A DNA stretch of 64,000 nucleotides from the human T2T-CHM13v2.0 reference genome, Homo sapiens. Location: NCBI RefSeq assembly GCF_009914755.1, contig NC_060929.1. The stretch is one strand, 5' to 3'. The translations under genes were made by a program, and so were the position numbers. The notes below the pieces were generated by a model that saw only the letters and a list, made by a program, of their open reading frames with translations, was not told where the DNA came from and did no database searches. Below are positions 1-22,892 of this stretch, piece after piece. The number at the start of each line of letters is the position of its first letter. The first letter of the stretch is position 1.

Positions 1-380
1 ATTGCTGATGAATTTAATAATTTATTCATTGCAAAGACTACAAAGCTGCAAGATGTGTAGTTTTCCCCATTCGTTTGCATAAATAACTTGTATAGGCCTA
101 AAATAGTTACAAAAAATAGCTCTAAAACTCTAATTCCTTGGAAACAGACACACTGCATTCTCTCTGAAAGCTGAGAAATAAAATGTTAAATTAACACTTG
201 TAGAGACACCAATTATGTTAGATAGTTCTATCATTTCTTTTAAATAACTTTAAATATGACCCACAGTAAGCAGTCATTTTATATTATGACTCAATGTTGT
301 AAAACTAAGACAGAAGTTTAATGAACCAATGTTCTATCTATCCGTGTGTGATGCACTCTTCTTATCTTTCTTTGATGTGA

Positions 381-556
381 TTTTATTTTATTTTTAAAAG
401 ACTGAGTCCCGCTCTGTTGCCCAGGCCCAGGCCAGGCTGTAGTGCAGTGGTGTTATCACAGCTCACTGTAACTCTGAACTCCTGGACTCAAACAATCCTC
501 CCACCCTCAGCCTCCCAAAGTGCTAGGACTACAGGCATGCGCCACTACTCCTGGCC
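381..556 (-). mobile_element. Free Alu monomer (FAM/FRAM-like)
   Basis: T-rich tail, then gctctgttgcccagg...gtgcagtgg...gctcactg...cctcagcctcccaaagtgct...ctggcc; one monomer long. Confidence 0.8.
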
Positions 557-856
557 AACTTTGTAAAAATAATAATTACTAACTATTGATTTCGTGACCC
601 ACTAATAGGTCACAATCTGCAGTTTGAAAAATACTAGAAAATGGAAATTGCAGAAATGGTACAATTACACATATTATTGTAGAATGTGAAAAAAAATCTA
701 TTTTTCTATCATCTGTATGTATGTACTTATTATCAGAATACTCCAATGCAAATTTCCCATTATTCTTCAATATATGCATAGCTGTTCTGTTTTTCTGCCA
801 AACCTTGAGCAATAGTGATAGAGTAAAAACTAGGATAAAATCCATTTTATTCTCTC

Positions 857-2755
857 TTTTTTAAATTATTATTATACTTTAAGTTCTGGGGTACATGTGC
901 AGAGCATGCAGGTTTGTTTCATGGCTATACACGTGCCATGGTGGTTTGCTGCACCCATCAACTCATCATCTACATTAGGTATTTCTCCTAATGCTATCCC
1001 TCCCCTAGCGCCCCATGCACCGAAAGACCCCAGTGTGTGATGTTCCCTTCCCTGTGTCCATGCATTCTCATCGTTCAACTCCCACTTATTAGTGAGAATA
1101 TGCAGTGTTTGGTTTTCTGTTCTTGTGTTACTTTGCTGAGAATGATGGTTTTCAGATTCATCCATGTTGCTACAAATGACATGGACTTATCCTTTTTTAT
1201 GGCTACATAGTATTCCATGGTATATATGTGCCACATTTTCTTTATCCAGTCTATCATTAATTGGCATTTGGGTTGGTTCCAAGTCTTTGCTATTGTGAAT
1301 AGTGCAGCAATAAACATACGTATGCATGTGTCTTTATAGTAGAATGATTTCTAATCCTTTGGATATATACCCAGTAATGGGATCGCTGGGTCAAATGGTA
1401 TCTCTGGTTCTAGATCCTTGAGGAATCACCACACTGTCTTCCACAATGGTTGAACTAATTTACACTCCCATTGACCATGTAAAAGCGTTCGTATTTCTCC
1501 ACTTCCTCTTCAGCATCTGTTGTATCCTTTTTAATGATTGCCGTTCTAACTGGCATGAGATGGTATCTTATCGTGCTTTTGATTTGCATTTCTCTATTGG
1601 CCAGTGATGAGGAGCTTTTTTTCATATGTTTGTTGGCTGCATAGACGTCTTCTTTTGAGAAGTGTCTGTTCGTATCCATTGTCCACTTTTTGATGGGGTT
1701 GTTTTTTTTTTCTTGTAAACTTGTTTCAGTTCTTCGTAGATTCTGGATATTAGCCCTTTGTCAAATGGATAGATTGCAAACATTTTCTCCCATTCTGTAG
1801 GTTGCCTGTTCACTCTTTAGTTTCTTTTACTGCACAGAAGCTCTTTAGTTTAATTAGATCCCATTTATCAATTTTGGCTTTTGTTGCCATTGCTTTTGGT
1901 GTTTTAGTCATGAAGTCTTTGCCCATGCCTATGTCCTGAATTGTGTTGCCTAGGTTTTCTTCTAGGAGTTTTATTGTTTTAGGTCTTACGTTTAAGTCTT
2001 TAATCCATCTTCAGTTGATTTTTGTATAAGGTGTAAGGAAGGGGTCCGATTTGTATTCTGCATATGGCTAGCCAGTTTCCCAACACCATTTATTAAATAG
2101 GGAATCCTTTCCTTATTGCTTGTTTTTGTCGGGTTTGTCACAGATCAGGTGGTTGTAGATGTGTGATGTTATTTCTGAGACCTCTGTTCTGTTCCATTGG
2201 TCTATGTATCTGTTTTGGTGCCAGTACCATGCTGTTTTTGTTGCGGTAGCCTTGTAGTATAGTTTGAAGTCAGGTAGCATGATGTCTCCAGCTTTGTTCT
2301 TTTTGCTTAGGATTGTCTTGGCTATGCAGGCTCTTTTTTGGTCCCATACGAAATTTAAAGTAGTTTTTTCTAATTGTGTGAAGAAAGTCAATGGTAACTT
2401 GATGGGGATAGCATTGTATTACCTTGGGCAGTATGGCCATTTTCACAATAGTGGTTCTTCCTATGAATGATCATGTTTTTTATTTTGTTTGTGTCCTCTT
2501 TTATTTCCTTGACCAGTAATTTGTAGTTCTCCTTGAAGAAGTCCTTCACATTCCTTGTAAGTTGTATTCCTAGGTATTTTATTCTCTCCGTAGCAATTGT
2601 GAATGGGAGTTCACTCATGATTTGTCTCTCTGTTTGTCTATTATTGGTGTATGGGAATGCTTGTGATTTTTGCACATTCACTTTGTATCCTGAGACTGCT
2701 AAAGTTGCTACCAGCTTAAGGAGATTTTGGGCTGAGACTGTGGGGTTTTCTAAAT
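857..2755 (-). mobile_element. 5'-truncated L1PA (about L1PA7-10), 3' UTR plus ORF2 C-terminal part, frameshifted
   Basis: Reverse-complement L1PA 3' end (attatactttaagttctggggtacatgtgcag). ORF fragments such as MFIAALFTIAKTWNQPKC and [11 protein letters not shown] match L1 ORF2. Degenerate TSD tattc..cttttttaaa at ~848 and ~2755. Confidence 0.92.
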
Positions 2756-2769
2756 ATTCACTTTTTTAA

Positions 2770-2816
2770 AAAATGGGGTTTAAGTTTATATGTTTAGGAG
2801 GTACATGTGCAGGTTT
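2770..2816 (-). mobile_element. Extreme 3' end of an older L1PB3/4-like element (continues at 8681)
   Basis: tttaggaggtacatgtgcaggttt joins in register with caagtgcaggtttcttacatg at 8681. Confidence 0.7.
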
Positions 2817-8680
<5,864 letters not shown>

Positions 8681-9545
8681 CAAGTGCAGGTTTCTTACAT
8701 GTATATGTTGTGTAGTGGTGAAGTGTGGGCTTTTGCTGTACCCATCACCTGAATCGTGAACATTGTATACAATAAGTAACTTTTTAACCCTCACCCCTCT
8801 CCCACCTTCCCATGTTTTGCAGACTCCAATGTCCATTATTCTAATCTATGTGTCCATGTGTACTCACTGTTTAGCTCCCACTTATAAGGGAGCACATGTG
8901 GCATTTGACTCTCTGTTTCTGAAATATTTCACTTAAGCTAATGGCCTCTAGTTCCATCCATGTTGCTGCAAAGGACATGATTTCTTTCTTTTTTTATGGC
9001 TGAGTAGTATTCCATGGTATATCCATATTGCATTTTATCTAATCCTCTGTTGATGGACACAGGTTGACTCTATATCTTTCCTATCTTGAATAGTGCTGCA
9101 ATAAACATACCAGTACAGGTATCGTATTGATATAATAAATTCTTTCTTTTGGATATTGCCCAGTAGTGGGATGGCTGAATTAAATGATAGTTCTATTTTT
9201 AGTGCTTTGAGAAGTCTCCGTACTGTTTTCCCTAAAGATTGTACGAATTTATATTTCCACTAACAGCATATAAGCATTCCCTTTTCTCTGCAGCCTCAAC
9301 AACATCTGTTGTTTTTTGACTTTTTATATATGATCTCTTTATAAAATAAGTTTTATAAACAGCCTGTTGTTTTCTGACTTTTATATACAGTCAGAATTAG
9401 TATTATTAAAAATTATTGTTAATGATAGCCATTCTGACTGGTGTAAGATGGAATTTCATTGTGGTTTTAATTTGCATTTCTCTTATGGTTAGTGATGTTG
9501 AGCACTTTTCATGTTTGTTAGCTGCTTGTCTGTCTTTTGAAAATT
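8681..9545 (-). mobile_element. L1PB3/4-like 3' fragment (host of the L1PB1 insertion)
   Basis: gtagtggtgaagt..gggctttt..tgtacccatcacc 3' UTR; ORF2 C-terminal peptide [28 protein letters not shown]. Confidence 0.85.
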
Positions 9546-9648
9546 TTTGAGTGATCTCCATATGCAAGTTCTTATAAAAATTACAGGGCAAGATTGCACT
9601 CTTCAAAATATCTATTTGAAAATTCCAACAATCGTCTCCTTTTGAAGA

Positions 9649-9846
9649 TTGTTTAATAGAACTTTCTGCAGTAATGGAAGTGTTTTATAAGCTGCAGCAA
9701 CAAATATGTTAGTCACTGGCCACACGTGGGTAAAGAATAAATGGAATTGGGCAGTGAGACTGAAGACTTGAACTTTAAATTTTCTTCTAATTTCATTAAT
9801 TAAAATGGCCATGTGTGATTCGTGTCTGCCATATTAGAAAGCACAG
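9649..9846 (+). mobile_element. MER3 (hAT-Charlie MITE)
   Basis: aatagaactttctgc..aatggaa.tgtt ... ggccatgtgtg...ccatattagaaagcacag resembles the MER3 consensus. Confidence 0.75.
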
Positions 9847-11032
9847 TTCTGGGATTTTTTTGTAGTTCTGGAACTACTGGCAGGTAGGATGCTTGGCATC
9901 AGGTAACCTTTATTTCAATCTCTCAACACAGAATTATCGAAGAAATATCTCCTTCTTCTTCCCCTCCAAAAACATACATTTCCAAAATAGTGGAACTTGT
10001 TTACTTAAAGTGAAATCTTCCATGTAAGATATGTGTGTGGGGGGTAGGGGGTAGGTGGGGAGTAGGTGGTATAGTTTATATCTGTGGCAAATTAAATGTC
10101 TTTTATTTATAGATGTTAGTGAGGGGATATTTAAAGAAAGACTGAAATGCCAAATTTCCTGCAGGGATAAAGTGTGAGATTCAAGATTCACGTTGTCTTT
10201 TTCCCAGGTGAGCACCTTAAACAATCTTCAGAAACACAAGGGAGACTCCAATGCCAAATAAAGGCTATAAATCTAAATCATTTGACATAATAAAGATGAG
10301 ATGGAGCAAGTGACTAAGCAGAGGAGATGAAAAATGTGAGTAGAGTATTTTTTAATTTTATTGATATATAATGGTTGTATATATTTTGGGGGCACTTGTG
10401 ATATTTTGATACCTGCATACGATGGATAATAATGACCAAATAATAGTATTTAGGATATCCTTCACCTCAAATGTTTATCTTTCTTTGTTTTGGGAACATT
10501 GCAATTCTTCTCTTCTATTGTAATTTGAAATATACAATACATTATTGTTAACTATAATTTCCCTAATGTACTATGATACTTGAACTTATTCCTTCTAACT
10601 ACATGTTTGTACCTTTTAACCAACTTCTTTTCATTCCCTGCCCTCAAACCCCCTTCCCTTCCAGGCCTCTGGTAAACACCATTTTACTCTCTACCTCCAT
10701 GAGATCCACTTTTTTACCTTCCGCATGAGTGAGAACATGCCATATTTATCTTACTGTGCCTGGCTTATTTCTCTTAACATAATGACCTTCAGTTTCATCC
10801 ATGTTTATGCAAATAACAGGATTTAATTATTTTATATGGGCAAAAAATATTCCACTGCATTTATGTACCACATTTTCTTTATCCATTCATCTGCTGATGG
10901 ACATGTGTTTTGGCTCCATATCTTGGTTATTGTGAATAGTGCTGCAATAAACATGGAAGTGTAGATATCTTTTCACAGCACTGATTTCCTTTATTTTGTG
11001 TAAATACCCAGCAATGGGATTGTTGTATCATA

Positions 11033-11446
11033 TGTATCTTAGTCTGTTTTACATTGCTACAAGGAATACCTGAGACTGGGTAATTTATAAAGAAAAGAGG
11101 TTTATTTGCCTCACGGTTTTGCAGGCTGTACAGGCATGACATCCACATCTGCCCAACTTCTGGTGAGGCTTCAGAAAGCTTTTACTCATGGAAGAAGGTA
11201 GAAGAGGAGCAGTCATGTCACATGGCAAGAGAGGGAGCAAGAGAGCGAGAGAGAAGGGTACCACATTCCTTTAAACAACCAGCTCTTGTGTGAACTAATG
11301 GAACTCACTTATTACCACTACGATGATATAAGCCCTTCATGAGTAATCCACACCTGTGACCCAAACACCTTACATTAGGCCCTACCTCCAAAATTCAGGG
11401 ATCAATTTCAACATGAGATTTTGAGGGGACAAATATCCAAATTATA
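11033..11446 (-). mobile_element. MST (MSTB-like) MaLR solo LTR
   Basis: tgtatcttagtc...aaggaatacctgagactgggtaatttataaagaaaagaggtttattt...ggggacaaatatccaaa; L1 resumes in register afterwards. Confidence 0.88.
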
Positions 11447-11722
11447 CGGTAGTTCTAGTTGTAGTTTTTGAAGAACCTCCATGCTGTTTCTCATACTGGC
11501 TATACTAATTTACATATGAGCGTTCTCCTTTCTCTGCATCCTCAATAGCATTTGTTGTTTTTTCATCTTTTTGATAATAGCCATTCTACTGAAGTGAGAT
11601 AATATTTCATTGTGGCTTTGATTTGTATTTCCCTGATGATTAGTGATGTTGAGCATTTTTTCACATACTGGTCAGCCATTTGTATGTCTTCATTTGATAA
11701 ATATCTATTCAATTCTTGTGCC

Positions 11723-12013
11723 TTTTTTTTTTTTTTTAAGGAGTCTCGCTCTGTTGTCCAGGCTGGAGTGCAGTGGCATGATCTCTGCTCACTGCAACCT
11801 CTACCTCCCAGGTTCAAGCAATTCTCTGCCTCAGCCTCCCGAGTAGCTGCCTTACAGGCACCTGCCACCACGCCCAGGTAATTTTTTGTATTTTTAGTAG
11901 AGATGGGATTTCACCATTTTGGCCAGGCTGGTCTTGAACTCCTGACCTTGTGATCCAGCTGCCTCAGCCTCCCAAAGTGCTGGGATTACAGGAGTGAGCC
12001 ACCTTGCCCAGCC
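11723..12013 (-). mobile_element. AluS
   Basis: Full dimer with poly(T); degenerate TSD cttgt(g/c)cc. Confidence 0.93.
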
Positions 12014-13248
12014 CTTGTCCCAATTTTTAATTGGATTATTTGTTTGTTTTCTGTTGAGTTATTTGAACTTCTTATATTTTCCTAATATATTGTTGTTAGA
12101 TGAACAGTTTGCAAATAGTTTGCACATTCTTTAGGTTGCTCTTCACTTCATTGTTTCCTTAAAAAGCAGAAGCTTTTTAACTTAATGTAATCACATTTGT
12201 CTATTTTTGTTTTTGTTGCCTGTGCTTTTGAGGTCTTACCCAAATCATCTTTGCTCAGATCAATGTCCTAAAACGTTTCCCCAATGTTTTCTTTTATGTC
12301 TTATATTTATCTTTCATGTCTTATATTTAAGTCTTTAATCCATTTTGGGTTGGTTTTTTGCACGTGGTGAAAGATGGGGATATAGTTTCATTCTTCTTCA
12401 TGTGGATATCCAGTCTTCCCAGCACCATTTATTAAACATGCTGTTCCTTGGTGGCTTGTCAAAGATAAGTTGACTCTAAGTGGATGGATTTATTTCTTGA
12501 TTCTCTATTCTGTTCCATTGGTCAATATGTCTATTTTTATGCAAATACCAGTCTGATTTGAATACTATAGCTTTGTAGTAAAATTTGAAATCAAGTAGTA
12601 TGATCCCTCCAGCTATATTCTTTTTGTTTGAGATTAACTATTAAAGGACTTTTGTGTCTCTGTACAAATATTAGGGTTTTTTTTCTGTGAAGAAAATCGT
12701 TGAAATTTTGATGGGGATTACACTGAATCTGTAGATCTGTTTGAGTAGTATAGAAATTTTAACAAGTTAATTCTTTTAATCCATGAGCATGGGATATCTT
12801 TTTATTTTTTGTGTATGCTCTTCAATTTCTTTCCTCAGTGTTTTATAGCTTTCCTTGCAGAGATCTTTCACATTTTGGTTAAATTTATTCCAAAGTTTTC
12901 TGTTTGTTTGTTTTTTGTTTTTTGTAGGTGTTGTAAATGGGATTGCTTTCTTAATTTCTTTTGCAGATTGATCACTGTTAACATGTGAATGATACTGAGT
13001 TTGTATGTTGATTTTGTATCCTGCAACTTTATTAAATTAATTTATTAATTCTGAGTATTTTGGTGGAGTATTTAGGTTTTTCTAACTATAGGAGCATGTT
13101 GTTTGCAAGCAACGATAATTTGACTTCTTTAATTTGAATTCGTATGGCTTTTATTTATTTATCTTGCCAGATTGCTCTGGCTAGGATTTCCAGTACTATT
13201 TTGAATAGAAGTGGTGAAAGTTTCAAATCTTAGTTGAAAAGCTTTCAA

Positions 13249-13560
<312 letters not shown>

Positions 13561-13734
13561 CTATTGAATGCTTTTTAAGCATCTATTGAAAGGATATTAT
13601 GGTTTTAATTCTTGATTCCGTTGATCTGATTTGTCACATTTATTGATTTGCATATGTTGACGCCTCCTTGCAATGAATTTCAGTTCCTCATGGTGAATCT
13701 TTTTAATGGGTTGTTGAATTCATTTTGTTATTAC

Positions 13735-14030
13735 TTTTTTTTTTTTTTTGAGACAGAATCTCGCTCTGTAATCCAGGCTGAAGTGCAGTTGGCACGATCT
13801 CAGCTCACTGCAACCTCCGCCTCCCAGTTCAAGCAATTCTTCTGTCCCAGGCTCCCAAGTAGCTGTAACTGCAGGCATGCGCCAACATTCCTGGTTATTT
13901 TTTGTATTTTTGGTGGAGATGAGGTTTTGCCATGTTGGCCTGGCTGGTCTCAAACTCCTGACCTTAGATGATCCACCCGCCTTGGCCTCCCAAAGTGCTG
14001 GGATTACAGGCATGAGCCACCACACCTGTC
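13735..14030 (-). mobile_element. AluS
   Basis: Full dimer with poly(T) tail. Confidence 0.93.
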
Positions 14031-14689
14031 TCAGTTTTTTAATATTTTGTTAAATATTTTTGCATCTGTTTTCATTAGGGATATTGGCTTCCTCTTTTTC
14101 TTGTCTTTCTCTTTTTCTTGTGTCCCTGTCTGGTTTTAATATCAGGGTAAGGCTGGCCTGTGGGTGAAGTACAGAAGGTAAGATGAGGATAAGCCTTAGA
14201 ACAGAAGGCTCAAATAATCAGATAAAATTGATCAGGTAACCATCAATGTCAAAGAAATATGGTGAAGAACTATATTTGAATCAAGATTATGCAAAGAAGG
14301 TAAATAACTATACCAAGAAGTTCTTAAGTAACTGAAATAAATTATCACTGGGAGCAGCAATTCATGACCAGATGTGCCCATGTGTTTTAAGGCCCTCTAA
14401 CACTTCTGCTATGTTATAGATCAGTGTGATCTTTGAGGATCATGAAATATTTTATGTATTTCTATCTTTCTCATTAATTTAGAGTAAAATCTACTAAAAT
14501 ACATATGGGTGATGTTTGATAAAATTAACTATTTTTAGAATACTGGCTGTTTTGTGTTTTCTATTCTGAAAAATACAGTTGTTTTTGAAACTTACTTAAC
14601 CAAAAATATGTAGAATTTTCTGCCGGTAAAGCACTCTTATAATCATTTTTAAAATAGTGTATTTAATCATCATACTATTTCCAGTTACC

Positions 14690-15130
14690 AGATGTTGAAA
14701 TTTAAACAAGGAATTTAAGCAACTCCCTTCTCAAAGTCACACTGGTAGTGAATTGAGGATCCTACATTTTAAACTTGCAGTTTATCTGCAGAATTCATGC
14801 TCCTCAAACATAAAAACAAACAAAAAATGAATTAAAACTATAGAGTGGACTCTGGAATCAAACATAGCCAGATTCAATTCATTGATTTTCTAGCTATATG
14901 ACCTATTTAATTTACTTTTTTTTCCTCATTGTAGATGGAATTGAGTTTCAGTTAATTTTTCTCAAGATTCAATATGTTTTAGAATTGGAACTGCTTCAAA
15001 ATTTTACTTTTATTTTAACCTGTAATCTATTTGTTCACCAATATTTTTGAGTACCTATTATTTACCAGGCATTGTTATTATAATAAGTATAGATAAAAAG
15101 CAAAGGTCCCTGATCTTTTGAAACTATATA
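14690..15130. mobile_element. MIR and L2 relics
   Basis: aaagtcacact..tagtga, ggactctggaatca, and L2 tail atatttttgagtacctatta..ccaggcattg. Confidence 0.5.
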
Positions 15131-15879
15131 TTATGTACCCATTAGTTTGTTTCATATCCTTTCACAGTGGTCCAAGACACTCATTTGATAGTGTCCTAAC
15201 TTTATTCCATAAAAGCCAATCAGTGTTCTCAAATTACGCATTAAGTTTATCAAATGTCTTCTCAATAAAAAATAAATAATATAAAGTATTATTCCATATC
15301 AATATCTGTCCCTATGAGTCAGGTGACACATTTTCAAGTAATGTGACTGGACTTTTGTAACCACTGTATATACAGCTCAGAGAAAAACAAGCTTAATTAC
15401 AGTTGAATATGAATGGTTTCTTCCCACAAGTAGATCATATCCTTGTCAAGAAGCATCTGAGTCACATCAAAGAGTAGTAATTAATGTTAATGGGAAACCC
15501 AACAAAATCAATTCCTTTCCTGCATTTAGTCTCCCAGGAAGAGTTTGGCTTCAGCTCACTATTGATGGATAGGCTCTTTGATTTTGGGAAAGTGACACTG
15601 TGATTACTTGGGCTATTTAAACTAGAAATGCTTCTCATGGGATTAGCTATACAATCATCATTTTCTGTTTAGAGACACACTTAGATCTTGATTAATCATC
15701 CCAGGTTCATAGAGACTGCAGGTAGGAAAAGGTTGCATGTGACATAGAGCTCCACAAATTATTACCATTTGTAATCATTGCAGTTGCTGCAATTTCTAGA
15801 TGGGATCGTATATAGCATTTTGAGAAGAAATAATTCTTTGATTACAGGAAGAGTTAGGTGTGCCCTTATACTATTACAG

Positions 15880-16440
15880 TGGATACATAAAGGACATTTG
15901 ATTAGTTTTGTTTTGATTTGCTTGCCTGCTCCTCATCCATTTTTCCTTCTTTTGATAAAAGCACACTGACCTTAATTTTTGGAACCACTTATTTCTCATT
16001 ATCAATACTCTGGCTCTGATTATGAGTATGTGAGCCAGTGCTGGCCAATCAGCAGGTTCTCTCTTCTAGCCACAGTGTGATGAGAACATGGCTCAAGTCA
16101 GCCAGTACAGTGAAACTCAATCCTTGCATTTTTCTGGAACTATTAACTATTATTTTTTACTTCTAAAACTCTTTTATGCTGACTGACTGCTCAGAGGATT
16201 GCGTATAAGCCTTACTGTATTGGAGTGTTCCATGTGGGAATAGATTGACCAAGTACATCCAAAATGGAGGAAAGTCATAAAACATAAAGTAAATGAGTTC
16301 TGGTAGTGCTATCTGAGATCATGTATCTGGCATTGCTGGAAAACCATGCTACCTTCCTTTGCGTTGTTAAAATATGCAAGCCACTGATTCTTCTTTGTTA
16401 CCTAATCCAGTTTTGGTTTGGTTTCTGTATCTAAGAGTCA
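15880..16440. mobile_element. Old ERVL-class LTR (LTR33-like)
   Basis: ctggccaatcag...tagccacagtg...catggctcaag motif order and a ggtttctg end; heavily diverged. Confidence 0.45.
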
Positions 16441-18029
16441 TCTGGAATTGCTCAAATGTTCCTCCTTGAAAACTGTGAGCCTGGATTAACGTTCCATAAG
16501 CCAGGGATGAGGAAAGGTGTTCAGTGTGGACTATGGCACAACCAATGGCTACCTCATGAGGGTACCTGGACTTACAAAGATTATTCTACTAGCTAAAGTT
16601 CAAGAATATGAACACAGACAAACTAGAACCAAAGTCAAAATTAGGAAATAAGTATAGAGAAAAGTCATTGTCAAGGCTGAAGGATGGAGGTGAGGAAGAT
16701 TCCTTAAAGACTGAGCCTTTAATAAGGTGTTCTTCAAATCACATTTGGATGCTGAGGTGGTTCCAGTGAAATTTACCAGTAAAGTAAATATTCCAAATGT
16801 AGCAGTCTGTAATCCCTCATGCGAATATTGTTTGTATACAATAGATTTTATACCTAAAGTACTGACTTTGATGATAATTATATCTGAAAAAGGTTTTGAA
16901 TAAACCATCTTGAAAATTCAGTAAATCAGTGCTTCCTATGAAGCAGGAGGACGAGACTCAGTTAGCTAGGAAAATCTGTGCCCATACTACTCAGATTTCT
17001 GCCGTGATTTACCACGACAGAAGGTTTGGCATCAGCCACATTCAAGGTATTAGTGTTTTCCTTTTGATTTCTTCTGTTTGAATTTGGGTGAAATGTTATT
17101 CATCATGATTCTTTGAGCAAAGTTTGGCTTTTTCTGTAAGAACCTATTATGGTATGGCTTAAGGCTGTATACATTAGTCTTCAATCTTTCATGACTGCTG
17201 TTTGAGTCATAATTAAAAGTTAGCTGTAAAATGCCACATAAATTGGTCAAACTTTGTCCATTAGGCTTAGGTTCTAAAAGGAATATATTTTTGGTTTATA
17301 ATATGTAGGTCATTAAAAAAATGGAAAAGAATGAAAGAAGCGTTTGACTGTAACTCATTTATATTTTATGAAACAAATGCCTCAGCACTTATATTTTACT
17401 CAGCTTTTAATTAAAGCATGCATACAGTGTTACATAACTATTAATAAGTCTAAGTATTGCTGTGAAGCACTGCTATGCTTCAACAACTTTTATAAAAAGT
17501 TCATTCTGCTAATTCTAAAACTTTTGCTGGGACATTTTACTAAGATGACTTCATATGTAATAGGTATTTCCTTGAGTGGCCTAATTGTATATTTAAATAT
17601 TCCTCTTTTTAAAGTGGCAATGAGTTTTGCTTTCCATGCCTAATTGTAACCAAGCTAAACTCCTTTACCTGATTTATAGGTCTTCATATATCCTGGCATA
17701 CTTTAAGTTAGTTTGCTCTAGTCAATCCAGCTTAGGAAATAAGAGGAAGAAGAAAAGGAAGAATAACAGGGAAACAGAGAGGAGGAGGAAGAGAATGTAA
17801 GAATTTGTAGTTATCATTAGGTACAACTGGATCTTGCAATTAAGCAATGTCATTGGCTGGTACTCCTCATCCCCTGAGTCTGTTCTATTCTCCGCACGTT
17901 GGCAATAAACTGTTGGTAATATATGCAAGGCCAAAACATTTTAGCTTAGACTGATGATTGAAAAAATGATTTAAAATAATGCTAACTCTAGAACTGTGGT
18001 GGTTAGTACAACATCTTTCTGGTATGTAA

Positions 18030-18551
18030 TCATACTTTCTTATTGACAAAGAAAAATAATTTAACTCTGGCTATCAGGGGACACTCAAAATCTTCAAACT
18101 AGTGTTAATAACCACAAGGTAGTTCTAGTTGCTTTAAGAAATATGCTGCCACATTTGAGTAATTTATACATACAAGTATATTTCCTGCTCACATAACTTC
18201 TGTGCAGATGCTCCTGGCCAGTCTCCATTTGGTAATTCAGGAGCCTAGAGTTCTTCCATCTTACAGGTTCACTCTTTCTAGGAACTTAGGATCTTTTGTA
18301 TCTGGCAATCAGATGGGGTATGAACAAGGGTATAGAGAGGGCCTGTTTCATTTTATTAACTAACATTTTGTTCAAGTGAAACACATAGCAGTAGCTCACA
18401 TTCCTTAGGCAAGAACTAGTCCCATCTAGATGCAGGGAAGGATGGGAAATGTAACTCCTAGCTAGCCAGGCACAGCCCAATCCCAGCTGCATATTATGTG
18501 TGGAATTAAGTATGAATATTTGGTGGACAACTATTTATGTCTGCCACTACA
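18030..18551 (-). mobile_element. Old MLT1 (J/K-like) MaLR LTR
   Basis: ctcacattcc..ggcaagaactagtc.cat...ggatgggaaatgta...tctgccactaca. Confidence 0.55.
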
Positions 18552-18861
18552 CTTAGATAAGGCTCCAGTAAGCTGATTGTGAGGATTTGAAAAACTACGA
18601 TGCATAGTATCAACAAAATTGGCAGCAGTATGAACAATTCAGGCATGCAACTACTTTTTATGCAGTAAAGACAAAACAAAACATCAAAAATCAAAGAAAC
18701 CAAAACGTGTTGAGCTATTTCCCATTTTATGGTTTAGTTTCCGTTTTCTGTTTCTTGCTGCTTGTGTTTTCTTTTTGTTTTAAGAAACATTGGAAATACA
18801 ACCTCAGGCTGGCATATTATGAGTGACAACAGACTTTTGTGATTTCTCTCTCAAATCTTAA

Positions 18862-19220
<359 letters not shown>

Positions 19221-19694
19221 TCTTTCATTACTTCTTAAAATAGTTTTAAGTGTTAACCCAAAAGAATTGATTTTAACACATGTAATTCCAATGTCTGAAT
19301 TTACTATGTTCTATCCTGTCAAGATGATGCTAATTAACTGCTTTTTAAATTATTCTATTTGGTTTGTTTAATACAGCACTGTACTATTTACCGTCTTCAC
19401 AAATATGAAGATTGAAAGTTTCAACAGTATTTTACTGAATGAAAAATACAAAAACAGGTGGCAATTACCACAATACCGTGTTCAATGGTAAAACACTGGC
19501 AAATCGGATAATTTATCAGCAGATGTTTTATTATGTTAATTCATTTAATTTTGGATATAAGGAGTCTAAACTAACCAAAGCTATGTGCAAACTGAGGGAA
19601 TATAGAGACAAGCACAGGGCACTGACTTGTTTTGTATGATAATTTTCCCTAATAAGATTCCCGTCAATTTTATTTTCGTCAATAAATCATAGCA

Positions 19695-21850
<2,156 letters not shown>

Positions 21851-22027
21851 AATTCATGGCAAGTCCCCAAACTGGTGTCACTAAACCACATTTATTAAAG
21901 ATTCATAATTCTTTTGAAATTTCTTATAATGTTTTAAAAAATAATTTGTCATGATTTGTTCTCTCTGCTGGTAATTAAAATATTTCCTTCCCATTTGTCA
22001 CTCATATTCATTCAACAATAAATATCT

Positions 22028-22105
22028 CATATATATACTTATATATATATATACATATGTGTATATGTATACATATGTATGTATATATACATGTGTGTAT
22101 ATATA

Positions 22106-22147
<42 letters not shown>
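22028..22147. repeat. Compound (TA)n/(TG)n microsatellite
   Basis: Directly visible alternating runs. Confidence 0.95.
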
Positions 22148-22153
<6 letters not shown>

Positions 22154-22289
22154 CCTCAAAGTACTTCTTTTTATAACAGAACTGTTATTACCAGAACTGA
22201 ATAATGATATCTGACAATGACATCAGTGACATTTCGCAGAAGTGTATGGTAAATGTTGACTAAGTTAAACAGATAATATATATGATGTA

Positions 22290-22890
22290 CTCTGAGTATA
22301 AAATTTATCAAAGAGGAGAAGAGTAACCTGAAAAATCTTCTTGGAGGTGGTATGAATTAGAGATTTTAGGAGTTGAATAGTATAATAATAAGCTAGGAAT
22401 TTCCAAAGAGGAAAACAGTGTGAAAGAATGATAGAGAAGAGGTCTGAGTATAACATTTAGAGAGAAGAATCAGAAAAGTGTTATGGCTGAAGAGGGGAGG
22501 GCTCAAGGAGAGGAAGGTAAAGAACTTTGAGAGCTGATAAACTCACCAACCAGTTTATTTGGGGGAACAGAATAAATTATGTGTAAATTAAGACCTTAAT
22601 GATGAGGCAGTGATACCGACTCTGCAGTGTGGAAGTAAGGAATCTGAAAAAGTTTCCAGTAAAAAGAATGACATCCACAAAAATCCAAAGGAGACTAAAG
22701 TATTGATTACTTAAGGAACTACAAAAAAGTTCATAACGATTAAAAGATAAAGGTTTTATGCATGGCAAAGGGAAGAGAAGACAATAGTTGGGATTGAGAA
22801 AGATGAGTTGTAGAAGGTTGCTTAGCTTGGGCCAAAACCTGGGGGCTATTTTTCATCACATTTAAAGGTTGGATTTTACTCTGAAAGCAC
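22290..22890 (-). mobile_element. L2 relic (probably continues at 26250-26470 beyond THE1)
   Basis: Purine-rich L2-like text ending ttggattttactctgaaagcactg. Confidence 0.45.
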
Positions 22891-22892
22891 TG

